Made by a program: the position numbers and the translations under genes
Origin: Vicugna vicugna
Taxonomy: Eukaryota
NCBI GenBank assembly: GCA_013265495.1
Contig: MU058423.1
Coordinates: 4,169,061 to 4,233,060, forward strand
Reading direction: 5' to 3'
Length of the DNA stretch: 64,000 bases
Shown: piece after piece, positions 40,387 through 54,519 of the stretch
How the letters are laid out: the number at the start of each line of letters is the position of its first letter
How positions within the stretch are numbered: position 1 is the first letter of the stretch
The notes under the pieces: model-generated
What the model saw: only the letters and a program-made list of their open reading frames with translations
Told to the model about the DNA's origin: nothing
The model's database searches: none

Positions 40387-41099
40387 CTGGAGAGAAAGAA
40401 AACAATAAAGAAAAGCTGTTATACATTTATTAGTACATGACATCTTTAACATAATACAAAAATCTCAGAAACTTAACACTCGATAACATTCAGCTCATTA
40501 GAAAATTAGCACAGAAACAAGATATGTGTATGTATATATCCATCCATTGAAACCGTTTTGCTTTTATTCTGGAACTCCTTGAACTTATTAGAGCTTGGAA
40601 ATCAGTGCTCAACTTAAACATCTGGTTCAAGACAGCTCATGACATCAAAGATTTCAGGCTTGCCTATAAGGTTAATAAACCTTTGTATGTCGTTCAAAAC
40701 AGATAAAGAGCTAGGCTTATGTTCTGGGCACAGAGCACCAAGCATACATTATGTGGACCTGTGCAAATATATCCATCCACATATGCAGTAGACCTCTTTA
40801 AATGTGCTGAGGTGCATGTGCTAGCTGTTGAAAGTCATTTGGCATTTTATTTGATTAACATCACATAACCATCATTTTTATTCCTCTTTTACTTGTCAGA
40901 TATGTGGATTAAACTCTGTAACAGAAGCAAAATTGAGCAGAATAATTCAAGAATACATTAGGTTGTTCACATTGACCATGGGCTTCATCAATTTTTCAGC
41001 TTCCACTTTAATTTCCAGGTTGTGCTAAGGTGGTGGAACCATTTCAGTATGTGATTGGACTTGGTATAAATGTGGGCATGAATTTAGTCTATATCCAGA

Positions 41100-41670
41100 T
41101 GAAAACTCCTAGGCAAGAGCAGGCTGACTCGGTTTGAAACTTTGCTCTTACACTCACTGACTGTGTGACCTTGAGGCAAGTTGTTTATGCTCTCTGTGGC
41201 TCAGTTTTCTACCTCTTAGGGTTGTTGCAAGGATTACATAAATTTACATATGTATGTATGTATGTATGTATGTAAAATTAAAGCACTCAAAGCATTGCTT
41301 GGCAGGTAGTATGTGCTACGATTCTTTGCTATGATTACTATTATTGATATAGTTGGTTCATCAAGCAAGCAACAGCATAATAGATATAACTAATTAAAAG
41401 TTAGAGATTCATATCATTCCCACTAAATTCGAGTAACGGTGTGGGTGAAAGCATGAGTTGCGAATAAGACAGAACTGAGTGAGAGTCGTGCTTTGCAACT
41501 GACTAGCTGGGTGATTTCAGGGAAGTTCCCCCCCTCTCTAAGCCTGTTTCCTCACCTGAAAGGGGCCAGTAAGATCCACTGCACAGGGCTGCTGCGACAA
41601 CTGAATGAGATAATCCATGAGAGGGTCTAACACATGGTACATAGTCAATAAATGATAGCTGTTAATGAGC
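41100..41670 (+). mobile_element. Two adjacent MIR SINEs (~41100-41330 with a (TATG)n run, and ~41440-41670)
   Basis: MIR cores actgtgtgaccttgaggcaagtt...ctcagtttt and ctctctaagcctgtttcctcacctgaaa. Confidence 0.65.
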
Positions 41671-44600
41671 TGTGCAGACTTGTTCTCCACATCACTGAAG
41701 TGTACTAACAGGTGGTAAGTGTACAAGTCATTAAATTTCTATTTTAGTATTTATCTTTGAACAACTGCCTTCTGATTATTTTAACTAATCATCGAAACTT
41801 ACTCAGAGATTTCTAGCTTTGTATTCTTTAAAACCAAGAGTTATTTTCCTATTTCTTAGTAGGGAGAGGAGAAGGAGGAATTAAATCTTACTGTGATGGT
41901 TTTAAAAAAAACCCAGGAGGAATGAAATCTTATTTTCAGTTATTAGATACATTGAAAATCTCTTGATTTTAAATGCACAGAGCTTATGGTGCTTCGGCTT
42001 AATTATTGATCAACTAAAGCTGGAAACTTAAATTTTCATTTTCATGTTTTAACTACGTCTAAACTGAACTTCAAACCGATGAGATTTCTGCAAAGGGTGG
42101 CTGGATTACTGACCCGACATTTCAGGAGACTATCTTTGCCATAGTGTGACAGTGACTTGGTGCTGAAATCTTTTTTCTTTTGTGAATCCCCTGTTGAGAG
42201 AGCTATGACAGCAGCATCGTAGTGTTAGTATCAATTGCAGAAGCTCCAAATTTCCCTGTGATTGAAAATCCTGCTCCATTGCAAGAAACTGCTTGCCTCT
42301 TTGTAATCCGTCGGAGAGAATGGAAGTTAGGATGTCAAGAAGAGACTTTCCTTGTGTCTTCAAACTTGCATGGAGTTAGAGGGCATGCATCATGCAAGGT
42401 GAAGTTCTCAGGGTGTCTGGCCAGACACAGTGGAGAGCAAACCTGCAAGACTGATGGAATACTTGCTGCAGTTGAATACTTTAAAAAGATGCAAAAAAAA
42501 AAAATGTTTCCATTCCTCTGGGGACGCCAGTGCAGGGGAGAAATGTTCACTGCAGCCATGCAGACCTCGCCAAGCATGACCATTATGAGATCCTATTTTC
42601 CTCATGAAGATGTTTTCTATTAACATTCGGATGCTTAAAATTCAGGCTTTTCCTCACTTTGTGGCTTACAATTTTCTGAGGTGCTGCTAGATGAGTCACT
42701 TTCTACCCCATTGCGGTAAAATGGGAATTGCTTAGAAAAGACTTTTAAGCTGCTCATTGGAATAAAGATTTCTGAAGTTGAAAATACCTGAACACCAAGG
42801 AATGTCGGTATTTTGTCCAGTGTTATTTTTTTCCCCTAAGGTTTCTTATTACAATGTTCAAACACTTTGCTTTTGGTCCTCTACAGACAACTAAAGAATT
42901 TAATAAACTGGTTATATCCATTGAAAAAACTACAAGCAAATCATGAGAAATCTTTCAAATGCCTAAGGAACTAAGGCAGGAAGGCTACAACTCATTTCAT
43001 GAAAGATGAATTTCTTCGGGGTCTGTAAGGGATGAATCAATGAATGCAATTCCATCTTACAACAGAGATGGCTGCCCATACGCCACAGGAATGAGAGTCA
43101 GATTATGCTCAGGAAGAATGTTTAGACGCCTGTCAGCAGTTTTTTTTAATATTCCCTGGGAAGTGACAACTATGAAGTAAAGACTATTTTTACTTTTGAA
43201 ATTGAGCTCAGAAGTCACTTCTTCCCTTCCTTCTTCATCTCCCTGATGTGCACCAGCCACTGTCCTTTGTGATGGCACACCTCTTTGTACAGGCCTCTGT
43301 GAGCAACTTATCAACTTATCTTTATGATTGCTTGTGTGTTTTCCCGAGACCTCTAAGGGGACAAGCGCCACGTCTGTATCTCTATTATCAGCCAAAGGAC
43401 AATGCCTGGTATGGAAGAGCTGCTCAATGTGTATTTGAGCAAAAATTTATCACTTGCTTCCAAGAAGGTTTCTATCAGAAGCTTTTGGACATCGTATGAT
43501 CTCATCCCCTAGAAATGTTCCACTGAGACATATCTCAGAGTTCAGTATTAATAAATATTTTTGTTCTCTTTGAAAATTTCCTCCATTCTGAGAGCAAGAG
43601 TTATACAATGTGCAGATTATGTCTCTTACCACTTTGCCTTCTAGGAAACTCAGAGATTCAGAGGCCAGGCGGATGCTCAGCTGGGTAAACTCATTAATGT
43701 TTGGCTTATTTTGTTTCTATTCTTCTTCTCACACCTCCTTCTTAAATGACTAGTTGTACGCTTTTATTTGTATTTGTCTTTTTTTCCTAAGCTAATCCAG
43801 GAGGAAATGCAGATTTTGTGGGGCTTCTAGCAAATACAAATCTGGGAGCTCTTTTTGAAAATATTAACTTTAAAGTATAAAATTAGACATGAAATTACTT
43901 TTTTCTTTAATTTAGAAGGAGTCTAGTGAAGGACCCTGAAACTTAAGCTTCATTAGCTTAAATCTATTTCTAAGCCTACCTGAAAAATATTTAGGAAAGA
44001 TAGATGATTGGTAGATTTAGAAAGGAAGGGGGGAAAAAAAGGATACCAGATAAGCTAATTCAGAAAGTGATAAAAAATGGAAATCTGAAGAGTTAAGAAA
44101 TTATCTTATACAGCCATTTCATTTTACACAAGAGGAGCTCAAAGGCACAAAAAGAAGCAAAGGCCTCATCCAAGTCAACCCCTTTCTGGTCAACATTGGC
44201 GCAGGAGCTTCCTAATCTGGAATCTTCCTGTCTACGGAGACATTGCTAAACTTGCACAGAGGAAATGACACACAGGCATGAAAAATCTTTAAGGAAAGGT
44301 TCTGAAATACATGTTATATGAGTTAGGACTTCTGCTTCTTCCAGAATAGAAATTCTCCTTCAGTCAGAGATATACATACACACTGAGTGAGCCAAAGGGC
44401 CAAAAGAACGTGAAGGTGCTAAGCTTGTAGGTACTTGCAATCTTTCCCTCCTTGTTCAGCCCTCACCACTCCTATATTTATTTTAATGTTTTTTTAAAAG
44501 AAATTCTACTGCAGTTGAGGAAACAGAACCTACTAGAATTATATATAGTCTCCTTTTTTTTATTATTATATTCTCCTTTTCCCCCCCTCCTCCTTCTATG

Positions 44601-45719
44601 ACTTCTTCTTCTTTTTCAGTTTTACTAACCCTCCCACCAAGTGTGTGGCTAAAGGGGACAGAGTCAGGCCTAAGGAAGTCAACATGATGGAGACCTCAAA
44701 AATGAACACTCTGATGTTTCAAAGCAGATGAATGCAGTGCTGAAGGCCATAAGTGCTTTTGAGAATCAATGGAAAGTTTAGCAGCTTTTCATCAAGAAGG
44801 AAGCAGAAGGGACAAGGATTCAGGATGCTTCACACTGAGAGGAAATACCTCCACTGTTGAGCTACATGGTTTGAGAAAAGCCTATCAAGTACATGACTAG
44901 ACCTTCTTCTAGCCAGGCTGCAGCCACTGGGGGCGCCAACTTCAAAAGGCCCAGGTGAAGAAGAAGCAGGTGATGAGTGAGGAGACATTCTGCAGCCTCA
45001 TTTGTATTCCAGAGGAATTACTCCCTATTTCCTTTCAGTCCTGGTCCCTGGTGCAAACTGCTGTTGATGGGAACTTGAAGGAAATAAGATTGCTGTCACG
45101 AATCATACTGTGAAATCCACACATAAATGATCCAGTCAGAGATCGCTAAGTCATCTTACAACAACAGAAGGGCTCTGGGACCTGAGTGTCTATGACACAC
45201 TTGACAGAGGCAGTATTAACCCAACTTAGTGTATTAACACATCTGAAGATGGGAAGAAGAGCTGGTCAGAAGGTGAAAGTCTACAGAGAAGAGCATCCTC
45301 AGGCACACGGAAGCAGTGCTGGCCGAGTCCAGTCTCAGGAAGAGGGAGGAGTGACCTGTACACTCTCAGGTTGTCAGTGTTCTGTTAGTACGAGGGAGGC
45401 TGACCCTGTGCAAGGATGGCGGTGTCAGATGTTTCAGCCTGATGTTACTACATTCAAGTTATTTCAACTTCCCGATCCCATGCTCACAAAGCAAGATTCT
45501 GATTAGTATATGGCTGCACAAGGAGACTTAATTACAGGGGCGAGAATACCCTGGTCATAAGGACTTAAATATTCTAATCACCGTAACAGTTATTTCAGAC
45601 TGTGGGCGAATAAATTGGCATTTGGACACAATCTATCTCCCCCTACAGTTGTTGTCTCTAAAGGGAGAATATGCCCTTTCAGCTGGGATGGATGCATGTG
45701 CTAGATTTCAGTGACATTA

Positions 45720-45975
45720 TAATGACAATGGCAGCTAACTTCATTGCGCGCTTACTATGTGTCTGCCACCATAATAAATATCTTACCTGTATTCATTCAT
45801 TTAATTTTTATGACAACCCTGCAAGGTCAATACATAGGTTTATTTTAGAAATAGGGGAAAACTCAGAAGACAAAGACCTTGCCCAAATCAGCACGGTCAG
45901 TTGGGAAGGAAACTGCGATTTGAATCCAGAGGTCCATGTTCCAGGGCTTGGGCCGCTAACAGCCACTGTACACAA
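45720..45975 (-). mobile_element. MIR SINE
   Basis: cattgcgcgcttactatgtgt...tcatttaatttttatgacaaccctgcaagg...ccttgcccaaatcagcac...gatttgaatccagagg. Confidence 0.7.
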
Positions 45976-46004
45976 CTGCTCCATTTATTGTCGGCTCCTC
46001 TCTC

Positions 46005-46303
46005 TTAGGTCTAATCCTCAAAGACAAACACTCTGAAAACTCAGAGTTTTTTCCCCCAAATTTACTTGCAGCACAACCCAATGTGATCTGAACTAGAGGT
46101 TTTCCCCTTTATCCCACTTAAGTAAAAATAATCATAGGTTTGCTACAGAAATATTAAGATGTTGGATTAAGTGGTGCTACCTGATGTTCTGCTGTGGGTA
46201 TTGCTCTAATAAAATGTATATGTACTGTATTGTCTTTTAAAATTCTAAACATTTTGAATTCTAAATCATATCTGGTCCTATAAACTTCAGATAAGAGACT
46301 GTG
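46005..46303. mobile_element. TcMar-Tigger relic (MER46C-like)
   Basis: End ...ttttgaattctaaatcatatctggtcctataaacttcagataagagactgtgg resembles the MER46C terminus. Confidence 0.55.
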
Positions 46304-46849
46304 GACAAGTGCTTATACATGTGTAACTTGGTAGGTGTTCTGGCTTCATATATTGGCCGACAGCTTGGTTTGTACACATAAGGCTCTGAGAGGAAGGTCC
46401 TCCCTTATTGTGCAGACAGAATCAGGGTTTTGAACCTGAAAAACTGGTGGCCAGAGCCTGACAGTAGTCACGTCACTGACGCTATGAATGCCACCTGGGG
46501 AGGCCTGTAAAAACCAGTCAGCCAATATGTCATCTCTTCTAGATGGCTAGATGGGCCGTGAGCACCCATGAAAAAAAAAAGTATGTCTTTTTCCTAGTGT
46601 ATTTCCTCCAAGACCTCAGCTGGTTTCTTCCTGTGGGAGACTGAAGGCCCTCATGTCAGAGCTGCTGAACTGTGAAGGCCACGTGTTCCAGGGGACATGC
46701 GAAGATCTGTGGGAGGTCAGTGTATCCACAGGCACATCTCAGGGTCATTTCAGTTTACTTATTCATTCACAAAATAACTAATTCCACAGACATTTATGAA
46801 GGCCAAGAATAAAATATGGTCCCATTTTTAAATCGCTAACATTTTACCT

Positions 46850-47890
46850 CCTAAAGTCAGACGGGTCTGAATTTAAATCTTGCTCTGTCATGCATTTGCT
46901 GTGGGACCTTGGGACAACCTACATATTCATCCTCATCTGCCTATGTTTACTTATCTGTAAAATGGGGATAAAAGTATTCTATACCCCATGAGAACATTGT
47001 AATGATTTAATGCAAAAAAGCACATAAAGCACTTTACAAAGTAAAAACGGCTATGGTAAACTTAATAAATATTAGCTAACATTATTATCATAATTTTGAT
47101 TACAGTCAACCAGTTGTAAGTGTACACAGATTATCAAGAATCTGGAGAGAAGAGAGCAGCTGATTTTACACAGGACAGTCCAGGTAGGCTGCACTGAGAG
47201 GTTTACACTGAGGAGCAGTCTTGAAAAATGAGCAGAATTTCAATACGAGTGAAGAAAAAGGTGATTTGGGGGAAGGAATGAGTTCAGTATCTAGCATGCT
47301 GACTCTGAGATCTTCACAGGCAGCTGGAAAAATTGGTTGGGTTCATTAGAAATAATCAAGTTATAATTGGTTTATTAGTTTTAAACCAATATGACTAAAA
47401 ACTAAAACCATGGGACTATAGTGGAATGCCATGGGGGAAAGAAAAGCTGTAGACTGAGAAGAGGCAGGGGTGGAGAGCATGAAAACTTGAAACAAAGGTA
47501 AGAGGGGAGTCTTTGAAGGCAAAGACATAACAATCTAGGAAGAGAAGGAGGAGAGAGCAGGTTGAGAGAAGACTGATTTATTCAAACAGGTGTCACACAG
47601 AGTCCACAACCCAGTGGAGGACAGAGTAAGTCACTGAACTTGAACCTGAGAAGCAATACAGTGAGATGTGCAGTCCTTGGGGTTGAGACATATCTGGGTT
47701 CAAATCTCCCTTCTCACTCTGACTAGGTACCTAAACCTCAAACAACATACTTGCCCTTTGCAGTCATCAGATTTCACATATAGAGCATGAAAATAGTAGT
47801 GTCTACCTCATAAAACTGTTGTGAGTTAAAAAAGAATGAATGCACGTAAAGTGCTTAGAAAATTGTCTGGATAATGACAAATACATGTGT
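46850..47890. mobile_element. MIR - L2 fragment - MIR cluster
   Basis: MIR cores at ~46850-47090 and ~47650-47890, with purine-rich antisense L2-like sequence between. Confidence 0.55.
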
Positions 47891-48177
47891 ACACTTGGGA
47901 AAACAGAGATTGGTCAATGCAAATTTAATGCCAGAGAAAATAACAGAACAATCTTCAAATTACTTTCCATCACTCAGAGGAGCCCCAGATATTGTGTAAC
48001 AATTCAAGTCGGATTTCTGAACAAACAAATAATGTCAGTGTCAGACCAATTTAGTTTTCTTTCTTTGAAGAATATTAGACCAGGTAAGTAAGAGGAAAGC
48101 AAAAGACTGAATACAGCTGAACTAGCTGGGCTTTGTCTCCATGACATTTCCATCAGGAGGCTGAAGACATTGTTTAG

Positions 48178-48400
48178 AGCAGTGTGTCCCCAAAAGAGTG
48201 TTTTATAGAAACTTATTAAGTGTTCTGTGAACAAATAAGTTAGAGACACACAGTATAAAATGGGTGACTTTACTGTAGCGTTCTCAAATGCTTTGTAAGA
48301 TAATATGAATTTCTGATCATCTGTATAGCATTTTATGAGCTTATTTTGCCATGGAATTCTTTAAAGGGTCATAGAGCGTAGTTTGGTAAGCAGAGGTGTA
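48178..48400. mobile_element. hAT-Charlie-type DNA transposon relic
   Basis: Ends tttagag|cagtgtgtccccaaa ... gtttggtaagcagag|gtgtaga resemble Charlie-family TIRs and target site. Confidence 0.45.
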
Positions 48401-49709
48401 GATGATATTATATTACATTTTTTTGGAATTATGCTTCCTAAAGTTAATTACTAAGTTTTCAGCATCTATCTGTAGAAAAAACATTGTGTGCTATTCCACA
48501 GGGATAAGAATTTAAAGGGGGATTAGAATAAGCTGGAAAATGGGAATCAAGAGAATCCTGATGAAGCATGAAGCTGGACAGATATGCTATCTACTCGGAA
48601 GACATAAATAAAATTCCTAGGACATTCAAAATACAAGTCTATCAAAAAATAGAATGAAGATCCATAGGGAGAAAAGGAAAGATGTCTTACAGATAAAACA
48701 TAAGCTTTGTAGAAAATAAGAAAATATTGTCAACACACATATATATGGCTTTAAAAAAACAACAAAACACACTGGGTCTTCAATAAAAAGCACGATGCAT
48801 AAAAATATCATCCCAAGAGTTATTACTTCTGCCTCCGCTGAGGCTATTATAGTGAGGAGTATGGGGAGATGTGTCTCACAAATTGGGGGGCAGTGTTTTA
48901 GAGTGTTGGGCCCTGCACTCTTCTCTCCTTGCTTACATGCTCCACGTAGCATGCGGAAAAGTGACCTTGGAGTTGCTTCAGAATTTAGGACTTCTAGGCC
49001 ATTGGAATCCCAGCAAGGTCTCAGCTTAGGGACCTCCGGAGTGATGGGCTGAGTGCCTCTGAAGGGAGATCTTACAATTTCCTGATTTAATGAAGCTCTC
49101 TTAGTTCTTATGCTAGGAGTGGGCAGGAAGTGTTGTTCTGTTCAAAAACGATCCTGGCTGCTTGAGATTTTGTTAAATCCAGAGATTACTCAACATGGGT
49201 GGCTTTTCTAGGTCACTGAGGACGTGGTGTTGAGGGACCAGCGATTTTAGGCACTCATTTTTACTTCTTAGGTTCTGTATTCTTGTATTAAGAAATGGCA
49301 CATCCTAAGTGTCACTCTTAACAACTGACTTCTAATGCACCAACTGAAGTCGTGTATGTGTGTGCGTGTGCATGTACGAATGTAAGAAAAAGTCAATAAG
49401 AAATGAGAATCATAATAGTGCTAGAAATCCTGTGCTTGGCTTAAATTTCCACATTAAAAAAAAATTACAGGACTTCCAGGGCGAACACCAGGTAAGAGAC
49501 TTGAAAATCTGATCACACAAAAAATGGATGTTAACCTAGAGAAGAAAGGAAACTGGGGTTGATACTGTCTTTTATGACTTAAAAAGAAAAAGTGGTTGGA
49601 AGTTAGGAGACATTCAATATTGATGTTAAGAAATAAGGTTTATAACAATTAAAACTGTCCAATAATTTACAAGTCTGCCTTATGAAAAAGAAGCTAAAAA
49701 TAAAATTAT

Positions 49710-49915
49710 TTTTGAACGCTTACTTTGTGACAGGTGTTTTGCTAAACACATCACATTCACCTCTCTCAAAATCCCTATGAGGTAAGAACAGTTATCATCC
49801 TCACATTACAAATGGAAAACTGAGTGTTGGAGAGGTTACTTTACTTTTTCAAGGTCACACAGTTAGTGAATGGACAAACTGGTACTTGATCCTGGAACCT
49901 GTGTACTAAACCACT
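49710..49915 (-). mobile_element. MIR SINE
   Basis: ccctatgaggtaag...cacattacaaatggaaaactgag...caaggtcacacagttagtgaatgg. Confidence 0.7.
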
Positions 49916-52019
49916 AAATTGCTCAGTTCCATCCTTAGATGTCTGCAAGCAGTCTGATGTGCCAGAGATTTAGTTTAGGTGTTCTTTCCATTGCAAGACT
50001 GGACCATTGCAGATTATCTTAACATCTTTAATCTAGTTTCTGCCATATTGAGGACTGAAACATTAAATTGTACCTCTTTGGCCATTGTGTTCATTTGTTA
50101 CCTTCCTATTTTAACAGAAATGGGGAAAAGTCTAGAGAGGGCCAGTAAAAAGTAAGGGATGGACAGAAAATAGAATCCACAAGGAAAACTGAAAGAGGCT
50201 GCATTCCTTTGGAGTCCTCCAGGAGTGAACTGGAGGACTTCGATCCACAGAAAGTTAAGGGTATGTAAGTCATTGCCATGGAGAATATAACAAGGAATCC
50301 ATCCCAATGACAAAGCTTGGCTGGCACAAGGAAGTCCTTCCAGTGAAAGTATCTTGAATTAAACAAGACTTTGAACCACAGTTATGGGTATAAAAAAAAA
50401 CAGGGTCTTATTAGAATAGAAGCCAATGTCTTCAACAGCAGTCTATCCCAGCCGCTGCTCTGGTAGCCTTGACAAGTTGGCCTGCCCTGAGGACGAGCCA
50501 GAATGCCAGCAAGTGTGGGTGAATCTTCCTCTCCTCCATCCAGTCCCACTAAAGAAGCAAGCACCAAAAATGAAATCTGAGCCATTTTCTTTCAGGGAAA
50601 ACTTTAAACTAAATTTGACAACCGAGGTGATAGGATTTGTTAGGTAGCTAGCCACAGGGTACACCAATAAGTAACCTCATGAGAGATTCCTTCTGAACTC
50701 ACGAGTCTGTGGCCCTCAACAATGGAGGAAAGCCCGTGGAGACCCCGTTAATAAAACCGTCTTGAAAAAAAAAATCAACATTTCTGCTAAACAGAGCTTT
50801 ATGTATTAATTTTAGGAGCTAGACTGTCAGTTTTTCCTTTAACACAGAAACTGAATACCTTTAAAAAGAGGGATTCTTATTAACCTTTGAAGGAGTTTTG
50901 TTTCCCGCTTCATAGAAATTTTATCATAATTTCATGCCCCCATACTCCATGGCTTGTTACTTGGTCCATTACTCCTACATTTAACTTGATAAGGCCCTGG
51001 TTCCTGTGATACTAGTTTTCAGGGTTTGGTTTCTCACAGCTGCTGCCTTGAAGTGCCTGATAACACTCTTGGCCTTGCACGGAGCCGGTGGCTTTTCAAG
51101 TTCTCATTCTCCCACTGCTCACTGTCTTGTTATTTCTGTTACTTCGCACTTGAGTGGGTGTATTCTCAGCCTAACCCTTTCTCTACTTTTAAAAGAGGAC
51201 AAACCTTGGGCTTTTGTGAATGGCTAATTGGTCCATGCATGGAATTGGCCGATTTATTCTGGAAGTAATCACCTCTCTCCTTGAGCGTGTCAGAACGTGT
51301 TTTCCTGGGGATATTCAAGGATTTCAGAGAGGCACACAAGTGAGTGGTAATGCGGCATCTCTTGTGGTTCCTGTGAACACAGATAATGCCTGTGCTCTTT
51401 TCTTGTGCACACAAACATCCCTTTTCTTAATGTGGTCCCTGCAGGTCTATAGTCATGCTCTTTATGGAAAGGTGGCCTCTACTAACAGGATCCATGCCAG
51501 GCATGACCTCAACTGGTAGAATTAGGAAAAAGTCAACCGTTTCACTGGGCAAAGTTAAGCTGTAGCTAAATTGGTAGAAGGAAGCATCTTCTAGACAAAG
51601 CATCTCTTAGGTTACCCAGTATGGGAAATGGGATTGTAAAAATCCAGAGAATTTCTGGAAGTAGTTTATGGTTAAAATTAAGTTAGAGTTGAGATTTTTG
51701 AATGCCTTTGTTATTTTAATAGTTAATTGATTTGAGGAGGGGAGAACTTTCTGTTTCATCCACTTAGAAAAATTTCTCCTATGGTTTTCATTACTTCCCA
51801 ACACATTTGATGTGAGTGTTGGAAGACTGAATTTAACAGATGATCCAAGTGCTAAAACGTGCTTACAAGTGGTAAAGTAGGGAAAGAGAGCTTTAGACGC
51901 ATTTTGAAGAGGAATGGGACTGCTGGTGGGAGGAGCAAAAGCACCACTGCAAGTGAAATTGAGAGGAACTGTCAGCTCATCATGTACAAAATACGGTGCG
52001 ACCGAGCAACGCTACTCAC

Positions 52020-52192
52020 AGGTATTTGCAGTGCCTTTGGGGATGGGGAGATACGAGCCTGGACTCCAAGGCCGGCCCTGGTAATTCTTCTTGCATTTCC
52101 CACAGTCTGGACCTGTGGTGTTGTGCTCACATTCACAGGTCAGTTTGCTGTTGTCATACACACACACGGTGGCATGGAGATTACATTTGCAC
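52020..52192 (-). CDS. NTNG1: NTNG1 exon 4 (173 nt, phase 2/1), laminin-EGF repeat 1: (R)[57 protein letters not shown](C)
   Basis: Acceptor tgtctctcctctgcctag|G and donor T|gtgagt. The translation matches netrin-G1 as I recall it. Not in the supplied ORF track. Confidence 0.97.
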
Positions 52193-54519
52193 CTAGGCAG
52201 AGGAGAGACAAGAGTTCATTGTTAAGTCAGCTAGTCTTGGTGATCACTAAGGCTTTCCGCATCTGTCTCCTAGGACTGTGGCTCTCACAACCTGCAGCAC
52301 TTGAGTGCTACCTAAAGGCTCTTGATAAAATACAGATTGGCAGGACCGACCTGCAGAATCTCTTAAATAAGGATCAATGGGGTTGGGGGTGGGATTATGC
52401 TACAGCTTGACCTCACATCACACTTTGAGGAATCCTAATACCAGTCAGTCAATTCAGTGGGGTCTGAAGGTCCCCTAAGGCACCTGTGCTCCACAGTTAA
52501 GGGTTTCCCAACAAATACCCAACATACTGCCACTAGGGAGCGGTTTTTCTGTGCTATTTTCAAATCTACGACAAAGCATCTGGGTTTGAAGGAAAGTGTC
52601 ATCTTCTGTTTTTCCTTAAACCAGGACAATTCTTATTTGTTTAAAAAGAAATATAACCACTGAGACAATTTGTTATTTGGATTTATTTTATAGACCCAAG
52701 AGGTTGTAATCAGGTGTTTTCATTCTGGGCTCTAAAATGACATTCCTCAGTCAGAAGAGTTTTTCCACCAAGGCCTCTAACCAACCTGAGTAGTCCTCAG
52801 ATTTCCTACTCATGTAACATAGTCACAAAGGTCTCTCAGAAACGGGTCAGACGACTCAGAAAACAAGATGCTTAGAATCCTAGAAAATAAAGACCTATGT
52901 GTGGCAGGGGTTTGCGGTCATGAGCCAAGGCTTTCCCTTTGGTGCCCACGAATAAAGCTGGGATATATGAGAGGCAGCAACAGAATATGCAGTTTCCACA
53001 AAATACGTTCCCATATCCAAAGGCTTTGACTGTAAAATTGCAAAGGCCAACTTGTTATTTGTTGAGGTAGCAGGTTACAAATTTAACACACCAAGCACGA
53101 GCCGTATCCTCTGGAGCAGGAAAACACAGGTCAACAGAATGTCCGTGACCAGAGGTCAGAATGTATGTGGGAAGAGATGTGTCCACACACAGGAGAAAAC
53201 CTGGATACCCAGGCCTGGGGCTGCCAGAGTCAGAACCCGAAAATGCGTGGGTGTGTGTGCGTGCACTTTTAATTAAACTGGTCTGGCCTCTTCAAGGAAC
53301 TAGGTCAAAAATACAGAAAGCCAAGCTTGATAAAGACAAAGAAATATTGTAGTGCTTTACATTCGTTTTCTTTTGTGGCACATGTCATGAATTGGGAAAT
53401 AGAACAATATTCTTTCTTAGGTAAGAAGATAAGGTTCTTTAACAACTGCTGTTGGTTTCTATAATGTCTGTACAGAGACACCCAAGTTTCTTTCTTGGGT
53501 ACTGATGGTCTGTTTGGAACACCGACCCAAACCATGGCGAGGAAGCAAAGGAGCGGCAAAGACCATTCCTAAGAGCTGCTGGGCTCTCTTCTAACTGACA
53601 GGTGTAGCCCGCAAAGCAATGGCCACCCGTTCAAACCTCCCTGGGTAAGACCAAGCCGCAGCTTCCTCAGGGGTCAACTACGATCTGTCATACTTGTAGC
53701 TCCACTCTGCCCTCTACAGCATTAGAAAGTATAATGAGCTGAAAGGCTACTATTTAAATAATACCTATTCAGCCTCAACACATAAACACAATCTTTAAAA
53801 GTTAACATTTGCACAATCTTTAAAAAAGAGAAAAAAAATCAGTTAAGTGAAACAGACAGTGATTAATCAGGAGCTAGGTCTTATAACAGTCTCCTACATG
53901 CCGGGAGTTACTTGTGCTCAGTTGCTTATTAAAGGATCTTTCGCCGTCCCCCATTAGCACCTTTATTTATGGGTGTGTTTATATATGTGGAAGATGTTAG
54001 AAACCTAAGTGATAGAAGCAGCAGCTTATACTGATTTAGCACCCACTCTGGTGTTAAAAATTCCAAATGAGGAAATGAACAATGTGACCCCAAAGAATAT
54101 GCTGGTTTCAAGTGTGAAGACACGCAAGTAGTAATTGTAAATTGGATTATATATCTTGTAACCGTTAATACTACCATGCTGGTAGTTCTCTGAGTTACAG
54201 GCAATTTCCATTCTGAGGACTTTATATTCACTGAGAAAATGTTCTTCAAACAACAAAAGGAAGTGAAAGGAGAATGGACGAATATTTAGTCTTATTTTTC
54301 TCAGATTTCTTTCAATTCATGGTTCATCTTCAACTCTCCAAAAGCTTATTAATCATTCAAGGCTCAACTCAATTCATAACTCTTTCCTGACACCCATCCT
54401 GCCCACAGTAGACATCCTGATCTCTATGGTTCTGATTTCCTTAAACGTCTTTGTGCGTTTGGTTTGGTTGGTTGTTACTTAAGGCTCTGTCTGCTTTTAG
54501 ATTTTACTCATTGCGTATT

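Noticed and set aside
44923..44938. CTCF-like gccactgggggcgcca (also cacagggggcgctg near 5191)
   Set aside because: Each needs a gap or several mismatches to fit the core motif; not supportable without ChIP data.
51859..52410. 183-aa plus-strand ORF, the longest in the track
   Set aside because: It is the antisense shadow of exon 4 running into a MER5-like relic; non-ATG start and no recognisable domain.
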